Assembly: GCA_963666515.2 (NCBI GenBank)
Contig: OY762897.2
Location: 2,464,001 to 2,528,000 of the forward strand
Source of the DNA: Candidatus Binatia bacterium
Lineage (GTDB): Bacteria; Desulfobacterota; Binatia; UBA9968; JAJDTQ01
Reading direction: 5' to 3'
Length of the DNA stretch: 64,000 bases
A program made the translations under genes and the position numbers. Shown here one piece after another: positions 29,405 to 38,754 of the stretch (its first letter is position 1; the number at the start of each line of letters is the position of its first letter). Below the pieces are notes generated by a model. The model was not told the DNA's origin. It did not search any database and was given only the letters and a program-made list of their open reading frames with translations.

Positions 29405-31624
29405 TCATTCCTCCCCGATGAGCGAACGGACCTTCTCGTACAGTTCACGAAGCCTGGCCTTGTAGTAGTCCACGTTCTCGTCGGGACTGGCCGGATCCCA
29501 TTGGGAGACGTGCCGGCAGCTCTCGTTCACCATGACGTTGGCCCCCTGTCCCGCCACGTAGCAGGAGACTTGGTCCCCGGGCAGGTACTTCCGTTCCGAC
29601 CGGAGCGCCGCCTCATAGGCGCCGCGGGGGTGCTGTTTCCCGCCCTTGACCTTCATCTGGTACTCGTCCAGGGATTCCCGCAGGGTCTCGGTCCGCTTGA
29701 GCAGGAGCAGGTCGAGGCGATGATTGGCGATGGCGTCCCGATACCGCTCGTACAGCGCCGGGATCTCGTCCTTCCGCCCTTGCAACAGGAGCGCGAGCGT
29801 TTCCTGAAGCCACTCGCGCCGATAGCGCTCCAGGCCGCGCGAGCCGAGTTCGGAACCGGCCACGGAAAGCTCGTCGTGCTCGTCCAGCAGCGCGTGGTTG
29901 CCCGGCCCGTAGCAGAACATCGCCCGGTACCGGGTCAGCGGAAGCTCCACCTTCCACGGCAACCACGAGGCCGCCTCCAGCGACAGCGCCTCCTCCGCCG
30001 GCGCGCCGGTCAAGCCGGACCGGGAGACCAAGTAGATGCCGGCGGCATCCACGGTGACGATCCGGTGGCCGTGCTCCGCGAGCCGTGCAGCCAACCCCCG
30101 GATCAGGTCTCCGGCGGCCGCGGTGACGCCGTCGGCCGCACGGGAGTCGTTGAAGTGGCCCTCGGCAAACGACAGGTAGTCGTGGAACGAGTCCAGCAGC
30201 ACCTTGAGGCCGGACCGGACCGTCGCGAGGAAGCGGCCCTCATGCCCTGCCGGGGCCGCGCCGCGGATGCGTCCGTCCCTTTCGCGCAGGTCACCGAGCC
30301 CGCGCAGCAGGTCCGGGAAGACGCCGAGATCGTCCGCCTCCGGACGGCAGCCGTCCGCGAGCATGACGGCCGGGTAGAGCGCGGTGACGTCGCAATGCAG
30401 GATCGGCCGCGACACCCCCCGGACCTCGAGGCCGGCATGTTTCTCCGCGGCCGCCGTTCCGGCCGCGAGGGCGGGAACGGAGTGGCGGCGGGCGAGGTAT
30501 TCCCGGAGCATGAGGCCGTCGATCCTCGTCGAATCGTCCGTCAGCGGCGTCTCCTGGTAGCGGCACGGGAAGACCTGCGCCTGGACGTAGTAGCCGGGCG
30601 AGAGCGCCGCGGAGATCTCCCGGGTCTCGCGCACGTCGTCGAGGGCGTACCGGAAAAGGGTGTCGGGGTCGTGGTCGAAGTACCAGCTCGCCTTCTCGCC
30701 CGGAATATAGGTGCGCTGCGGGGCCGCCAGCCCGAAGTGGCGGGCCACGTCCTTGAGGCCGTCGCGCCGGAGGCGGCGATCGGCCCGGCGGTAGCGTTGC
30801 GCCAGGAACCAGGTGTCGATGACGTGGCGTCCGTGGATGCGGTATTCGCGAAAGGGAATGACCCGGTCGCCGGCCTGGAAGCGCGCGCGGCGGCTGCGGG
30901 GCGCGCTGCCGTCCCGGCCCACCGCCAGGCTCACGCCGTACCGCCGGGCGCGCTCGTCGAGATACGGCAGGTCGAACCGGAAGATGTTGTGGCCCTCGAT
31001 GACGTCCGGGTCTCGGGCGCCGATCTCCCGGACCATCTCCGCCAGCATCTCCGCTTCGTCGTGGTCCCTGCCGGATAGCAGCCGCTCCCAGCCGGTGCTG
31101 TCCGACATGGCGATGGCAGTGATGCGGTCGCCTTCGCGAAGCGGATTGGGAAACTCGAAACCGGCGGTGCGGTACACCTCCAGGTCGATCTGCATGCGCA
31201 CCAGGCGGTCGAACCCCATGTCCAGGAAATGCGTCGTCCCGGACCACAGCAGGTATTGCTGCACGGGATCGGACAGGAACCGGTACGGCGAGCCGGGGGC
31301 GCCGAGGCGCCTGCCGCTCCTGCGCTGGAGCCAGGACTTGGCCGACTCCAGGCTGTCGACATCGGGGAAACAGGCCAGCCGGCGGAACGCGCCGGTTCCC
31401 GACAACGGCTCGATCCGGCAGGGACCCCTCCAGCCCGCGAGCCTGTCCTCGGAGGTCAGCCACAGGAACGGCTCGAAGGGAACCGTCCTGGAATCCACCG
31501 CGGACGACGCCCTGGAGAAGACCCGTATGTGGCGATTTCCTTCGAGTTCCAGGGCCACCACCGCCGCGGTCGCGTCGCGGCCGAACAGCATCTCGTCGTG
31601 CCGGGATGTGGAATCACGCGTCAT
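29405..31624 (-). CDS. B-family DNA polymerase homolog: 3'-5' exonuclease motifs intact, polymerase motifs inactivated
   Basis: ExoI IDLE, ExoII HNIFRFDLPY, ExoIII YALDD. Pol motif A reads CDVTALYPAV, motif B LKVLLDSFHDYL, motif C VDAAGIY (canonical DTDG). Confidence 0.85.
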   Translation of the reverse strand: MTRDSTSRHDEMLFGRDATAAVVALELEGNRHIRVFSRASSAVDSRTVPFEPFLWLTSEDRLAGWRGPCRIEPLSGTGAFRRLACFPDVDSLESAKSWLQRRSGRRLGAPGSPYRFLSDPVQQYLLWSGTTHFLDMGFDRLVRMQIDLEVYRTAGFEFPNPLREGDRITAIAMSDSTGWERLLSGRDHDEAEMLAEMVREIGARDPDVIEGHNIFRFDLPYLDERARRYGVSLAVGRDGSAPRSRRARFQAGDRVIPFREYRIHGRHVIDTWFLAQRYRRADRRLRRDGLKDVARHFGLAAPQRTYIPGEKASWYFDHDPDTLFRYALDDVRETREISAALSPGYYVQAQVFPCRYQETPLTDDSTRIDGLMLREYLARRHSVPALAAGTAAAEKHAGLEVRGVSRPILHCDVTALYPAVMLADGCRPEADDLGVFPDLLRGLGDLRERDGRIRGAAPAGHEGRFLATVRSGLKVLLDSFHDYLSFAEGHFNDSRAADGVTAAAGDLIRGLAARLAEHGHRIVTVDAAGIYLVSRSGLTGAPAEEALSLEAASWLPWKVELPLTRYRAMFCYGPGNHALLDEHDELSVAGSELGSRGLERYRREWLQETLALLLQGRKDEIPALYERYRDAIANHRLDLLLLKRTETLRESLDEYQMKVKGGKQHPRGAYEAALRSERKYLPGDQVSCYVAGQGANVMVNESCRHVSQWDPASPDENVDYYKARLRELYEKVRSLIGEE

Positions 31625-31750
31625 GGATCTACCCGACGGACTTTCTAACAGATCGGGGCCTTTGCCGTAACGTGGACGGCGGACGCGCGCCTGCGGGTTT
31701 ACCACCGCCCCTGCTGGTGCTGCCGTCGGCAGATGTGCTAGAGAAGAACC

Positions 31751-32536
31751 ATGGCCTCCGACGCCATCTCCATTATTCGCCGGCCCCGTCTGCGGCAACC
31801 CTTCCTGATCCTGTCCTTCTCAGGTTGGAGCGACGCCGGCTCCTCGGCCACTTCCGCGGTCCGGTATCTCATCGAGCAGCTCCTGGCCTCCGAGCTGGCC
31901 AAGATCGACCCCGAGGACTACTACGACTTCTCGGTGCAACGGCCCCACGTGCGCCTGGTGGACGGACAGCGCGAGATCGAGTGGCCTTCCTACGACTTCC
32001 ACTACTACAAGACCGGAAGCGAGCTGGAGCAGGACTTCATCTTTGCCTCGGGCGCCGAGCCCCATCTGCACTGGAAGTCCTTCTCCCGGACCGTGCTGCA
32101 CCTCGCGCACGAGTGGAAGGTGGCGCGGGTCATCACCCTGGGCGCCCTGCTCGACGAGGTGCTCTACACCAAGCCCGTTCCCCTGAACGGGTTCTCGTCC
32201 GACCCGGAGCTGATGAAGGAGCTGGACTTCACGCCGTCGCGGTACCAGGGGCCGACCGGCATCGTCGGCATCCTCAGCGACACGTTCCGCAAGGAAGGCG
32301 TGCCGCACGTGAGCCTGTGGGCCGCCCTGCCCCACTACCTGGCGCCTTCACCCAATCCGCGCGGAACATTGGCGCTGGTCCTGCGCCTGACCCAGTGGCT
32401 CGGCATCCGCATCGACACGAGTCCGCTGGAGCGCGCCGCCGGCGAGTTCCAGAACAAGGTGAACGACGTGGTGAACAGCGATCCGAACCTGTCTGCTCTG
32501 GTCCGGGAGCTTCAGAAGCACGAGTTCGAGCAATAG
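31751..32536 (+). CDS. PAC2 (proteasome assembly chaperone 2)-family protein
   Basis: F.GW.DAG..A..A, IDPEDYYDF..QRP, EP...W, YQGPTGIVG, LWAALPHY....PNP. Confidence 0.85.
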   Translation: MASDAISIIRRPRLRQPFLILSFSGWSDAGSSATSAVRYLIEQLLASELAKIDPEDYYDFSVQRPHVRLVDGQREIEWPSYDFHYYKTGSELEQDFIFASGAEPHLHWKSFSRTVLHLAHEWKVARVITLGALLDEVLYTKPVPLNGFSSDPELMKELDFTPSRYQGPTGIVGILSDTFRKEGVPHVSLWAALPHYLAPSPNPRGTLALVLRLTQWLGIRIDTSPLERAAGEFQNKVNDVVNSDPNLSALVRELQKHEFEQ

Positions 32537-32550
32537 CGGAGGGAAGAGAC

Positions 32551-32997
32551 ATGCGTAAATCATCCTGGCCGTTCATCCTGGCGGCGGCGATGTTCCTGAC
32601 GGCGGGAACGAGCTTCGTCTCGGCCGCCCAGTTCGACAAGATCATCGAGGAGCGCCAGCAGTTGATGAAGACCATCGGCGGGACCAGCAAGGCCCTGCGC
32701 TCCGCGGCGGACGCGGCCGCGGTGGCCGCCAGCGCCGACAAGCTGGCGGAGTTGTTCGCGAAGATCAACGCCGACACCTTCCCCAAGGGTAGCGCCGAGG
32801 GCTCGCGCTCCAAACCCGATATCTGGGAGCAGTGGGACGAGTTCGCCGCCGCGGCCAAGAACGCCGCGGGACTGGCCAAGAACATCGCGGCAAAGGCCCG
32901 GGCGGGCGAGGACACAGCCGCGCTGGTCAAGGGCTTCGGCAGGAACGCCTGCGGAAGCTGCCACCGCCCCTTCCGGAAGCCCAAAGAGAGAAGCTGA
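32551..32997 (+). CDS. Class II cytochrome c (c'/c556)
   Basis: Signal peptide, RQQLMK, FPKGS, KPDIW..WDEF, C-terminal CGSCH..FR. Confidence 0.88.
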   Translation: MRKSSWPFILAAAMFLTAGTSFVSAAQFDKIIEERQQLMKTIGGTSKALRSAADAAAVAASADKLAELFAKINADTFPKGSAEGSRSKPDIWEQWDEFAAAAKNAAGLAKNIAAKARAGEDTAALVKGFGRNACGSCHRPFRKPKERS

Positions 32998-33010
32998 CCG
33001 CCCGTCCCGC

Positions 33011-33286
33011 ATGATTACGCAGCACGTCGGGGAAGCGGCCCTTCCCGATCTCGAGGCCTGGGCCAACGCCATCATCCGTTCCGAGGACGACACCGTGAAA
33101 GCGGTGGAGTCCTACCACGACGCGGACTCCAACACCTACGTCATCCGCCTCACCCGGGGCGCCCGGGTGCTGCTCTTCCGGCTCTCCGAGGCCCAGGTGC
33201 ACACCCCCGAGCGGGAACCCGAATGCGAGAAGACCCTGCGGAACCGCGTGAAGGAAGTGCGCCGGCTGCTGGGGCGGGCGGAGTGA
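33011..33286 (+). CDS. Hypothetical 91-aa protein
   Basis: Closely spaced after cytochrome c'; host-like codon usage. Confidence 0.6.
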   Translation: MITQHVGEAALPDLEAWANAIIRSEDDTVKAVESYHDADSNTYVIRLTRGARVLLFRLSEAQVHTPEREPECEKTLRNRVKEVRRLLGRAE

Positions 33287-33329
33287 GTGGGGTATCTGGG
33301 CACTGAGGCTGGCGACAGCCGGAACCGTA

Positions 33330-33375
33330 GCCTCTGAAGGTGCAACGGCGATGGGTTACAGATGACGTCGCCCAC
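33330..33375 (-). pseudogene. Stub of a DUF3368/PIN toxin N-terminus
   Basis: Reads (M)GDVICNPSPLHLQRL overlapping the UPF0175 3' end, like DUF3368 starts (V.SNTSPL.YL); similarity stops after about 15 codons. Confidence 0.5.
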
Positions 33376-33622
33376 CGGCCAGATCGCGTTGAAGTTCTTC
33401 TGCGGACAAATCGAAGGTCTCTACGCCGTAATCCGCCAGCTTCGTCAAGAACAACGGCTTGGGCAGATCCGCCAATTCCGCCGCTACGCCGGTCGATAAC
33501 CGGCCCATCTCGCAGAGTTTTACGGCAATCAGAATCTTGGCCTCATGGCGAAACTCCTCTGGAGTCAGGCCCAACGCCAACAGGACATCATCGCCATAGT
33601 CTATGGTCAATGATCTTGTCAT
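33356..33622 (-). CDS. UPF0175-family antitoxin-like protein
   Basis: A.KL.E.GRLS.G.AAELA......FL..L..YGV..F....EEL..DL pattern. Confidence 0.82.
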   Translation of the reverse strand: MTRSLTIDYGDDVLLALGLTPEEFRHEAKILIAVKLCEMGRLSTGVAAELADLPKPLFLTKLADYGVETFDLSAEELQRDLAGGRRHL

Positions 33623-33715
33623 CCGGGAACCTGAACCGCCCCGGAAAGCCTGACGAACACCCTGACACGGTGACGTCGGCCCTGTATCGGATCGTTATCG
33701 GGCATGTCGCGCTGA

Positions 33716-33746
33716 ACAAAATACAGGGACGCACGAGGCGTCCCTG
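33716..33746 (-). terminator. Rho-independent terminator
   Basis: Minus strand CAGGGACGC-CTCGT-GCGTCCCTG followed by TATTTTGT. Confidence 0.6.
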
Positions 33747-33865
33747 GGGTCAGGATGATCGGACCCCGTATCTCCCGGTTCGGGCGGTGGTCCGATGGAT
33801 CGTATTGTATTGCAATATACGCCCTAACGGCCGGTTTGCAACCCGGCTCGCGGAAGTCAGAGGCC

Positions 33866-34834
33866 CTAAAGCATTCCCGCCATCTCTTTCGCGAAGTAGG
33901 TGAGGATCAGGTCGGCGCCGGCGCGCTTGATGGAGAGCAGGACTTCCGGCACCACCGTGCTCTCCTCGATCCAGCCGTTTTGGGCGGCGGCCTTGATCAT
34001 GGCGTATTCGCCGCTCACGTTGTACGCCGCCGTGGGATAGTTGAAGCGCCGCTTGACGCGGGAGATGACGTCCAGGTAGGAAAGCGCCGGTTTCACCATG
34101 ACGATGTCGGCGCCCTCCGCGATATCCGTCTCCACTTCCCGTAGCGCCTCGTCGCTGTTGCCCGGATCCATCTGGTACGAGCGGCGGTCGCCGAACTGCG
34201 GCGTCGATTCCGCGGCCTCCCGGAACGGGCCGTAGAAACCCGACGCATACTTGGCCGCATAGGCCATGATGACCACGTTCTCGAAGCCTTCTCCGTCCAG
34301 CGCCGTGCGAATGGCTCCGACCCGGCCATCCATCATGTCGGACGGAGCGACGACATCGGCCCCGGCCCGGGCGTGCGACAACGCCTCCCTCACCAGCAGA
34401 TCGAGGGAAGCGTCGTTCTTGACCTCGCCGTCCTCGACGATGCCACAGTGGCCGTGGTCGGTGTACTCGCACAGGCAGACGTCGGTGATCACCAGCAACT
34501 CCGGGGCCTTGTCCTTGATGGCCCGTATGGCTTCCTGCACCACGCCGCGGTCGGCGTAAGCTTCCGAGCCTACCGGATCCTTGGTCTCGGGGATGCCAAA
34601 CAGGATCACGCCCGGGATGCCCAGGCGCCAGACGATCTCGGCCTCCCGGGCCGCGCGGTCCACCGAGAGTTGCGAGACGCCGGGCATGGAGGTGACGGGC
34701 TGCTCCTGGTCCCGCCCCGGGCAGACGAACAGCGGATAGATGAAGTCCCGCGGACTCAGCGCGGTCTCGCGCACGAGATCGCGCAACAAGCCGGTCCGTC
34801 GAAGTCGTCGTGGCCGGGTTACGGGAAATGCCAT
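33866..34834 (-). CDS. hemB: Porphobilinogen synthase
   Basis: [47 protein letters not shown]. Confidence 0.96.
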   Translation of the reverse strand: MAFPVTRPRRLRRTGLLRDLVRETALSPRDFIYPLFVCPGRDQEQPVTSMPGVSQLSVDRAAREAEIVWRLGIPGVILFGIPETKDPVGSEAYADRGVVQEAIRAIKDKAPELLVITDVCLCEYTDHGHCGIVEDGEVKNDASLDLLVREALSHARAGADVVAPSDMMDGRVGAIRTALDGEGFENVVIMAYAAKYASGFYGPFREAAESTPQFGDRRSYQMDPGNSDEALREVETDIAEGADIVMVKPALSYLDVISRVKRRFNYPTAAYNVSGEYAMIKAAAQNGWIEESTVVPEVLLSIKRAGADLILTYFAKEMAGML

Positions 34835-34852
34835 GGTTGCCTCCTATCATGG

Positions 34853-34890
34853 CGTCCTTCGACTTCGCTCCGCTACGCTCAGGACGAACG
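34853..34890. repeat. REP-like element (CCTTCGAC..GCTCAGGAC type)
   Basis: CGTCCTTCGACTTCGCTCCGCTACGCTCAGGACGAACG; GTCCT/AGGAC arms; intergenic. Confidence 0.5.
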
Positions 34891-34905
34891 TTTTGACGGA
34901 GCCAT

Positions 34906-35685
34906 TCACGATGACCCGGTGATCGTGGAATCCACCAATGCCTGAATCAGGCCCGAAACGGTGTATTCCCGGGCCACCGCCCTCACCTCCAACTCGTGCG
35001 CGCGTGCAGCGTTCGCGGTGATGGGGCCGATGCAGGCCACATGGACGGTGGCGGCCGGGAATGCCGCGCTTTCGCCTTCGAGCAGATCCACGAAAGCGTT
35101 CACCGTGCTCGGACTCGTAAAGGTGACCCAGTCCACCTGCTCCAGTAACTCAACCAACCGCTGGGCGCCATGCCGCACGGGCTCGTTGCGGTAGGCTTCC
35201 ACCACCGTGACCGTCGCGCCCCACCGGCGCAGGGTCTCGGGGAGCACGTCGCGGGCTCCCGCTACCCGCGCAAGCAGGAAGCGGCGGCCCCGGACGCGAT
35301 CCGGCCCCAACGCCGCCAGGATGCCTTCGGCGCGGTATTCCTCCGGCACCAAGCTGGCCGAAAGGCCGCGGTCTTCCAGCAGCCGGGCGGTCTGCGGGCC
35401 GATGGCCGCAATGTCGAGCCGCCGCAGGCTCTCAATGCACCCCAGCGCCTCGCAACGCGCCAGGAAGTGCCGGACGCCGTTGACGCTGGTGAAGACCAGC
35501 CAGTCCTGTCCCGGCAGGCCGCGGACGGCCTCGTCCAGGGCGGCGGCGTCTTCCAGGGGCAGGATCTCCACCGTGGGGAAAACCACCGTCCGGGCGCCCG
35601 CGGCTTCCAGGCCGCTCACGAAGGCCGCGGCCTGCTCGCGCGGCCGCGTGATCAGTACCCGCTGTCCCGACAGCGGAGCGCTCAT
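34906..35685 (-). CDS. hemD: Uroporphyrinogen-III synthase (stand-alone)
   Basis: RVLITRP..QA, FTSVNGV, AIGP.TA, FTSPST, CIGP.TA. Confidence 0.92.
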   Translation of the reverse strand: MSAPLSGQRVLITRPREQAAAFVSGLEAAGARTVVFPTVEILPLEDAAALDEAVRGLPGQDWLVFTSVNGVRHFLARCEALGCIESLRRLDIAAIGPQTARLLEDRGLSASLVPEEYRAEGILAALGPDRVRGRRFLLARVAGARDVLPETLRRWGATVTVVEAYRNEPVRHGAQRLVELLEQVDWVTFTSPSTVNAFVDLLEGESAAFPAATVHVACIGPITANAARAHELEVRAVAREYTVSGLIQALVDSTITGSS

Positions 35686-36599
35686 ACACGCGCCTCCTGC
35701 AGCACGACGCCGGCGCCTTCGTCCAGCAATCTCTCGGCGAGCCGGACCCCCAGCGAGGCCGCATCCGCGGGCGCACCCGAAATCTCGCTCCGAAATATCC
35801 GCCTGCCGGACGTATCCGCCACCATGCCGGCGAGGGTGATACGGTCCGGGGCCGCGACGGCCCGGGCGCCTACCGGCACCTGGCACCCGCCCTCCAGGCG
35901 CCGCAGGAACGCCCGCTCGGCCTCCACTTCCAGAGCCGACGGCTCATGGTTGAGGAAACGCAGCCGCTCTGCCTCGTGCCGCCGGGTCTCCAGGCCCAGG
36001 GCGCCTTGGGCAACGGCACTCAGGCAGATGTCGGGAGGCAGCGCCTGGGTGGCTTCCCGCTCCCGGCCCAGGCGCTTCAATCCCGCCAGCGCCAGCAGCA
36101 GCGCGTCCACTTCGCCGCGCCGGAGCTTGGCGAGCCGCGTATCCACGTTGCCTCGTATGGGCGCCACCGTCAGGTCCGGGCGCCGGTTCAGCACCTGGGC
36201 CTGCCGCCGGAGACTGCCGGTGCCGACCCGGGCTCCGGCCGGCAATTCGGCGAGGCTCGACGCGACGTGGCTCACCATGACGTCCCTGGGGTCCTCCCGT
36301 TCCGGCACCGCGGCGATGGCCAGACCATCGGGAATCTCGGTCGGCAGGTCCTTCATGGAGTGCACGGCCACCTCGATGCCTCCCTCCAGGAGCGCCTCCT
36401 CGATCTCCTTGATGAACACCCCCTTGGCGCCGATCTGCTCGATGGGAACGTCCTGGAAGCGGTCGCCGCTGGTCTTGATGGCCACCACCTCCACCACGGC
36501 CCCGGGGTGGTGTTCAAGGATGCGAGCCCGGACCCATTCCGCCTGGGCCAGGGCCAAGGGGCTGCGCCGGGTGCCGATGCGGATCCTGTCCATGCTCAC
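35682..36599 (-). CDS. hemC: Hydroxymethylbilane synthase
   Basis: IGTR.S.LA.AQ, KGVF.KE, HSMKD, GSLRR, RGNVDTRL, GGCQVP. Confidence 0.96.
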   Translation of the reverse strand: MSMDRIRIGTRRSPLALAQAEWVRARILEHHPGAVVEVVAIKTSGDRFQDVPIEQIGAKGVFIKEIEEALLEGGIEVAVHSMKDLPTEIPDGLAIAAVPEREDPRDVMVSHVASSLAELPAGARVGTGSLRRQAQVLNRRPDLTVAPIRGNVDTRLAKLRRGEVDALLLALAGLKRLGREREATQALPPDICLSAVAQGALGLETRRHEAERLRFLNHEPSALEVEAERAFLRRLEGGCQVPVGARAVAAPDRITLAGMVADTSGRRIFRSEISGAPADAASLGVRLAERLLDEGAGVVLQEARV

Positions 36600-37900
36600 G
36601 GGTCGTCCCGGCCCGGACCCGGCTCCTTGTCCAGGTCGAACAGCGCCCGGACCGTGTCATGGTAGGCGGCGTCCTCGTCGGGACGCTCCTTGAGGCGCGT
36701 CAAGGGGCCGTGGAGGATCTTGTTGATCATGGCCGCGGTCAGGTCCTCGATGGCCTTGCGCTCCCGTTGGGAAACGTCCTTGAGATTCGACTCCAGCGAC
36801 TTCCTCAGCTCCCCCTGCCGGATCTCCTCGAACCTCCGCTTCAGCGCGATGATGGTGGGCACCTGGTCGAGTGAGGAAAACCACTGGTAGAACGTCTCCA
36901 CCTCCTGGTCCACGATCGACTCTCCCTTGTCCGCCTCGCTTTCCCTCCCCTTGAGGTTCTCCCGGGCCACGCCGGTGAGGTCGTCGATGTGGTAGAGGTA
37001 GACGTTGTCCAGGTCGTTGATGAGGGGGTCGAAGTTCCTGGGCATGCCCAGGTCGATGAAGAACATGTTGTCCTGCTTCCGCTCCCGCAACACCTCGGCC
37101 GCGGTCTCACGGCTGATGAGCGTTTCCTCCGACTCCACCGAGCCGATGACCACGTCGGCCAGCTTGAGGTAGCGGGCGTAGTCCTCGAACCGGATGGGGC
37201 TCGCCTCGAAGCGGTCCGCCAGCTCCACCGCCTTGTCGAAGGTGCGGTTGGTGATCATCAGGCCCCGCACGCCGTTCTCCACCAGGTGCCGGACCAGAGC
37301 TTCGCCCATGACGCCGGAACCGATGACCATCACGGTCTTCTCTTCCAGCCGGTCGAATATCCGCTTGGCCAGGTCCACCGCCACCGAGCCCACGGAAACG
37401 GGCCGGTTGGCGATGCCCGTTCCCTGCCGCACCCGTTTCGCCACCGAGAAGGAGCGATGGAAGAGGCGGTGCAGGATGCTGCCGACGGTGCCGGCCTGCT
37501 GCGCGATGGAGTAGTACTCCTTCAACTGGCCGAGGATCTGCGGCTCCCCCACCACCATCGAATCCAGGCTGGAGGCGACCCGGAAAACGTGCCGCACCGC
37601 GCCCTTGCGGGCGTGGTGGTAGAGCTGGTCCTCGGTGGGACCGATGCGCACGCCGGGCTGGTTCCTGAGAAAGCCGCCGATCTCCTCGAAGCCCGCGCCG
37701 CGGTCACGGGCCACGGCCACCACCTCCACCCGGTTGCAGGTGGACAGGATCACTCCCTCGTCCACGGACGGAAGCGCCACCAGGTCCTGCAGCGAGCCGT
37801 TGAGGCGCTTGGGCGAGAACGCGAGCTGCTCGCGCACCTCCACCGGGGCCGTCCGGTGGTTGACGCCCACCACGAGGATCTGTCGTTCCGCCTCACTCAA
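36596..37900 (-). CDS. hemA: Glutamyl-tRNA reductase
   Basis: GVNHRTAPVEVRE, STCNRVE, LDSMVVGEPQILGQ, DLGMPR. Confidence 0.96.
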   Translation of the reverse strand: MSEAERQILVVGVNHRTAPVEVREQLAFSPKRLNGSLQDLVALPSVDEGVILSTCNRVEVVAVARDRGAGFEEIGGFLRNQPGVRIGPTEDQLYHHARKGAVRHVFRVASSLDSMVVGEPQILGQLKEYYSIAQQAGTVGSILHRLFHRSFSVAKRVRQGTGIANRPVSVGSVAVDLAKRIFDRLEEKTVMVIGSGVMGEALVRHLVENGVRGLMITNRTFDKAVELADRFEASPIRFEDYARYLKLADVVIGSVESEETLISRETAAEVLRERKQDNMFFIDLGMPRNFDPLINDLDNVYLYHIDDLTGVARENLKGRESEADKGESIVDQEVETFYQWFSSLDQVPTIIALKRRFEEIRQGELRKSLESNLKDVSQRERKAIEDLTAAMINKILHGPLTRLKERPDEDAAYHDTVRALFDLDKEPGPGRDDP

Positions 37901-38714
37901 AGCGGCCCCCGTGGCGGCTGAGGAAGAATACGTCTCCCCAGAGGAAGTAGCCCAGCACGATCATGAACCCCGCGATGGTCCACACGGCCGCCTTCCTCCC
38001 GCGCCAGCCCGCGGTCAGGCGGCCGTGGAGAAGGATGCCGTACAGCAGCCAGGTCAGGCCCGAGGTGATCTGCCGCGGATCCCAGGACCAGTAGGTGCCC
38101 CACTGCGCGTGCGCCCACACGCTGCCCGTGAGGATGCCCAGCGTCATGAACGGGAAACCCCAGACCAGGAAGATCTTGTTGAGACGGTCCAGGGTCTCCA
38201 GCGCCGGCAGGGGGCGGCTCCAGCCGGTCATCCGCTTGTTCTTGAGCTGGCGCCGGAGCAGCAGGTAGACCACGCTCACGGCGAAGGCCAGGGCGAAGAC
38301 CGCGTTGCCGAGCAACGCAAGGGTCACGTGCAGCGGCAGCCAGTAGGTCAGCAGCGCCGGCGGCGTCTCCAGACCCGGGTCGCCCAGGGCGATGGACCGC
38401 AGCGACATGAGGAAGGCCAGCGGCGCGACGAAGCACCCCAGGATGGGCAGCCGGTACTGGAGCTGCACCGTCAGGTACACCCCCACCATCAGCCAGCCGT
38501 AGAAGGACTGGGTGGCCGCGGTCTGGGCCAGCGCCGGGAACCCGGCTTCGTGGAAGAGGAATGCGAACTTGATCGCATGACCGATGAAGCCGGCCAGCAG
38601 GAGGCCCTGGCCCGCGCGCGAGAAGGACTCCCGGGGAGAGAACAGGTAGAGGATGAACGCGCCTGCCGCCAGAAGGTAGAATCCGGCCGTGGCCTGGAGA
38701 AGGCTCTGGTACAT
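37893..38714 (-). CDS. ccsA: Cytochrome c biogenesis protein CcsA/HemX-like
   Basis: Multi-TM; LHV, LP.LE.LD, TGSVWA...WG.YWSWDP. Confidence 0.88.
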   Translation of the reverse strand: MYQSLLQATAGFYLLAAGAFILYLFSPRESFSRAGQGLLLAGFIGHAIKFAFLFHEAGFPALAQTAATQSFYGWLMVGVYLTVQLQYRLPILGCFVAPLAFLMSLRSIALGDPGLETPPALLTYWLPLHVTLALLGNAVFALAFAVSVVYLLLRRQLKNKRMTGWSRPLPALETLDRLNKIFLVWGFPFMTLGILTGSVWAHAQWGTYWSWDPRQITSGLTWLLYGILLHGRLTAGWRGRKAAVWTIAGFMIVLGYFLWGDVFFLSRHGGRFE

Positions 38715-38754
38715 AACCTCCGGCCATTATATCGCATCGGGGATGGAACCCCTA

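Noticed and set aside
33623-33865. Structured intergenic region as 6S RNA or a known riboswitch
   Set aside because: No single long rod with a central bubble, and no recognisable TPP/SAM/cobalamin/glycine/c-di-GMP consensus; kept only as an unclassified sRNA candidate.
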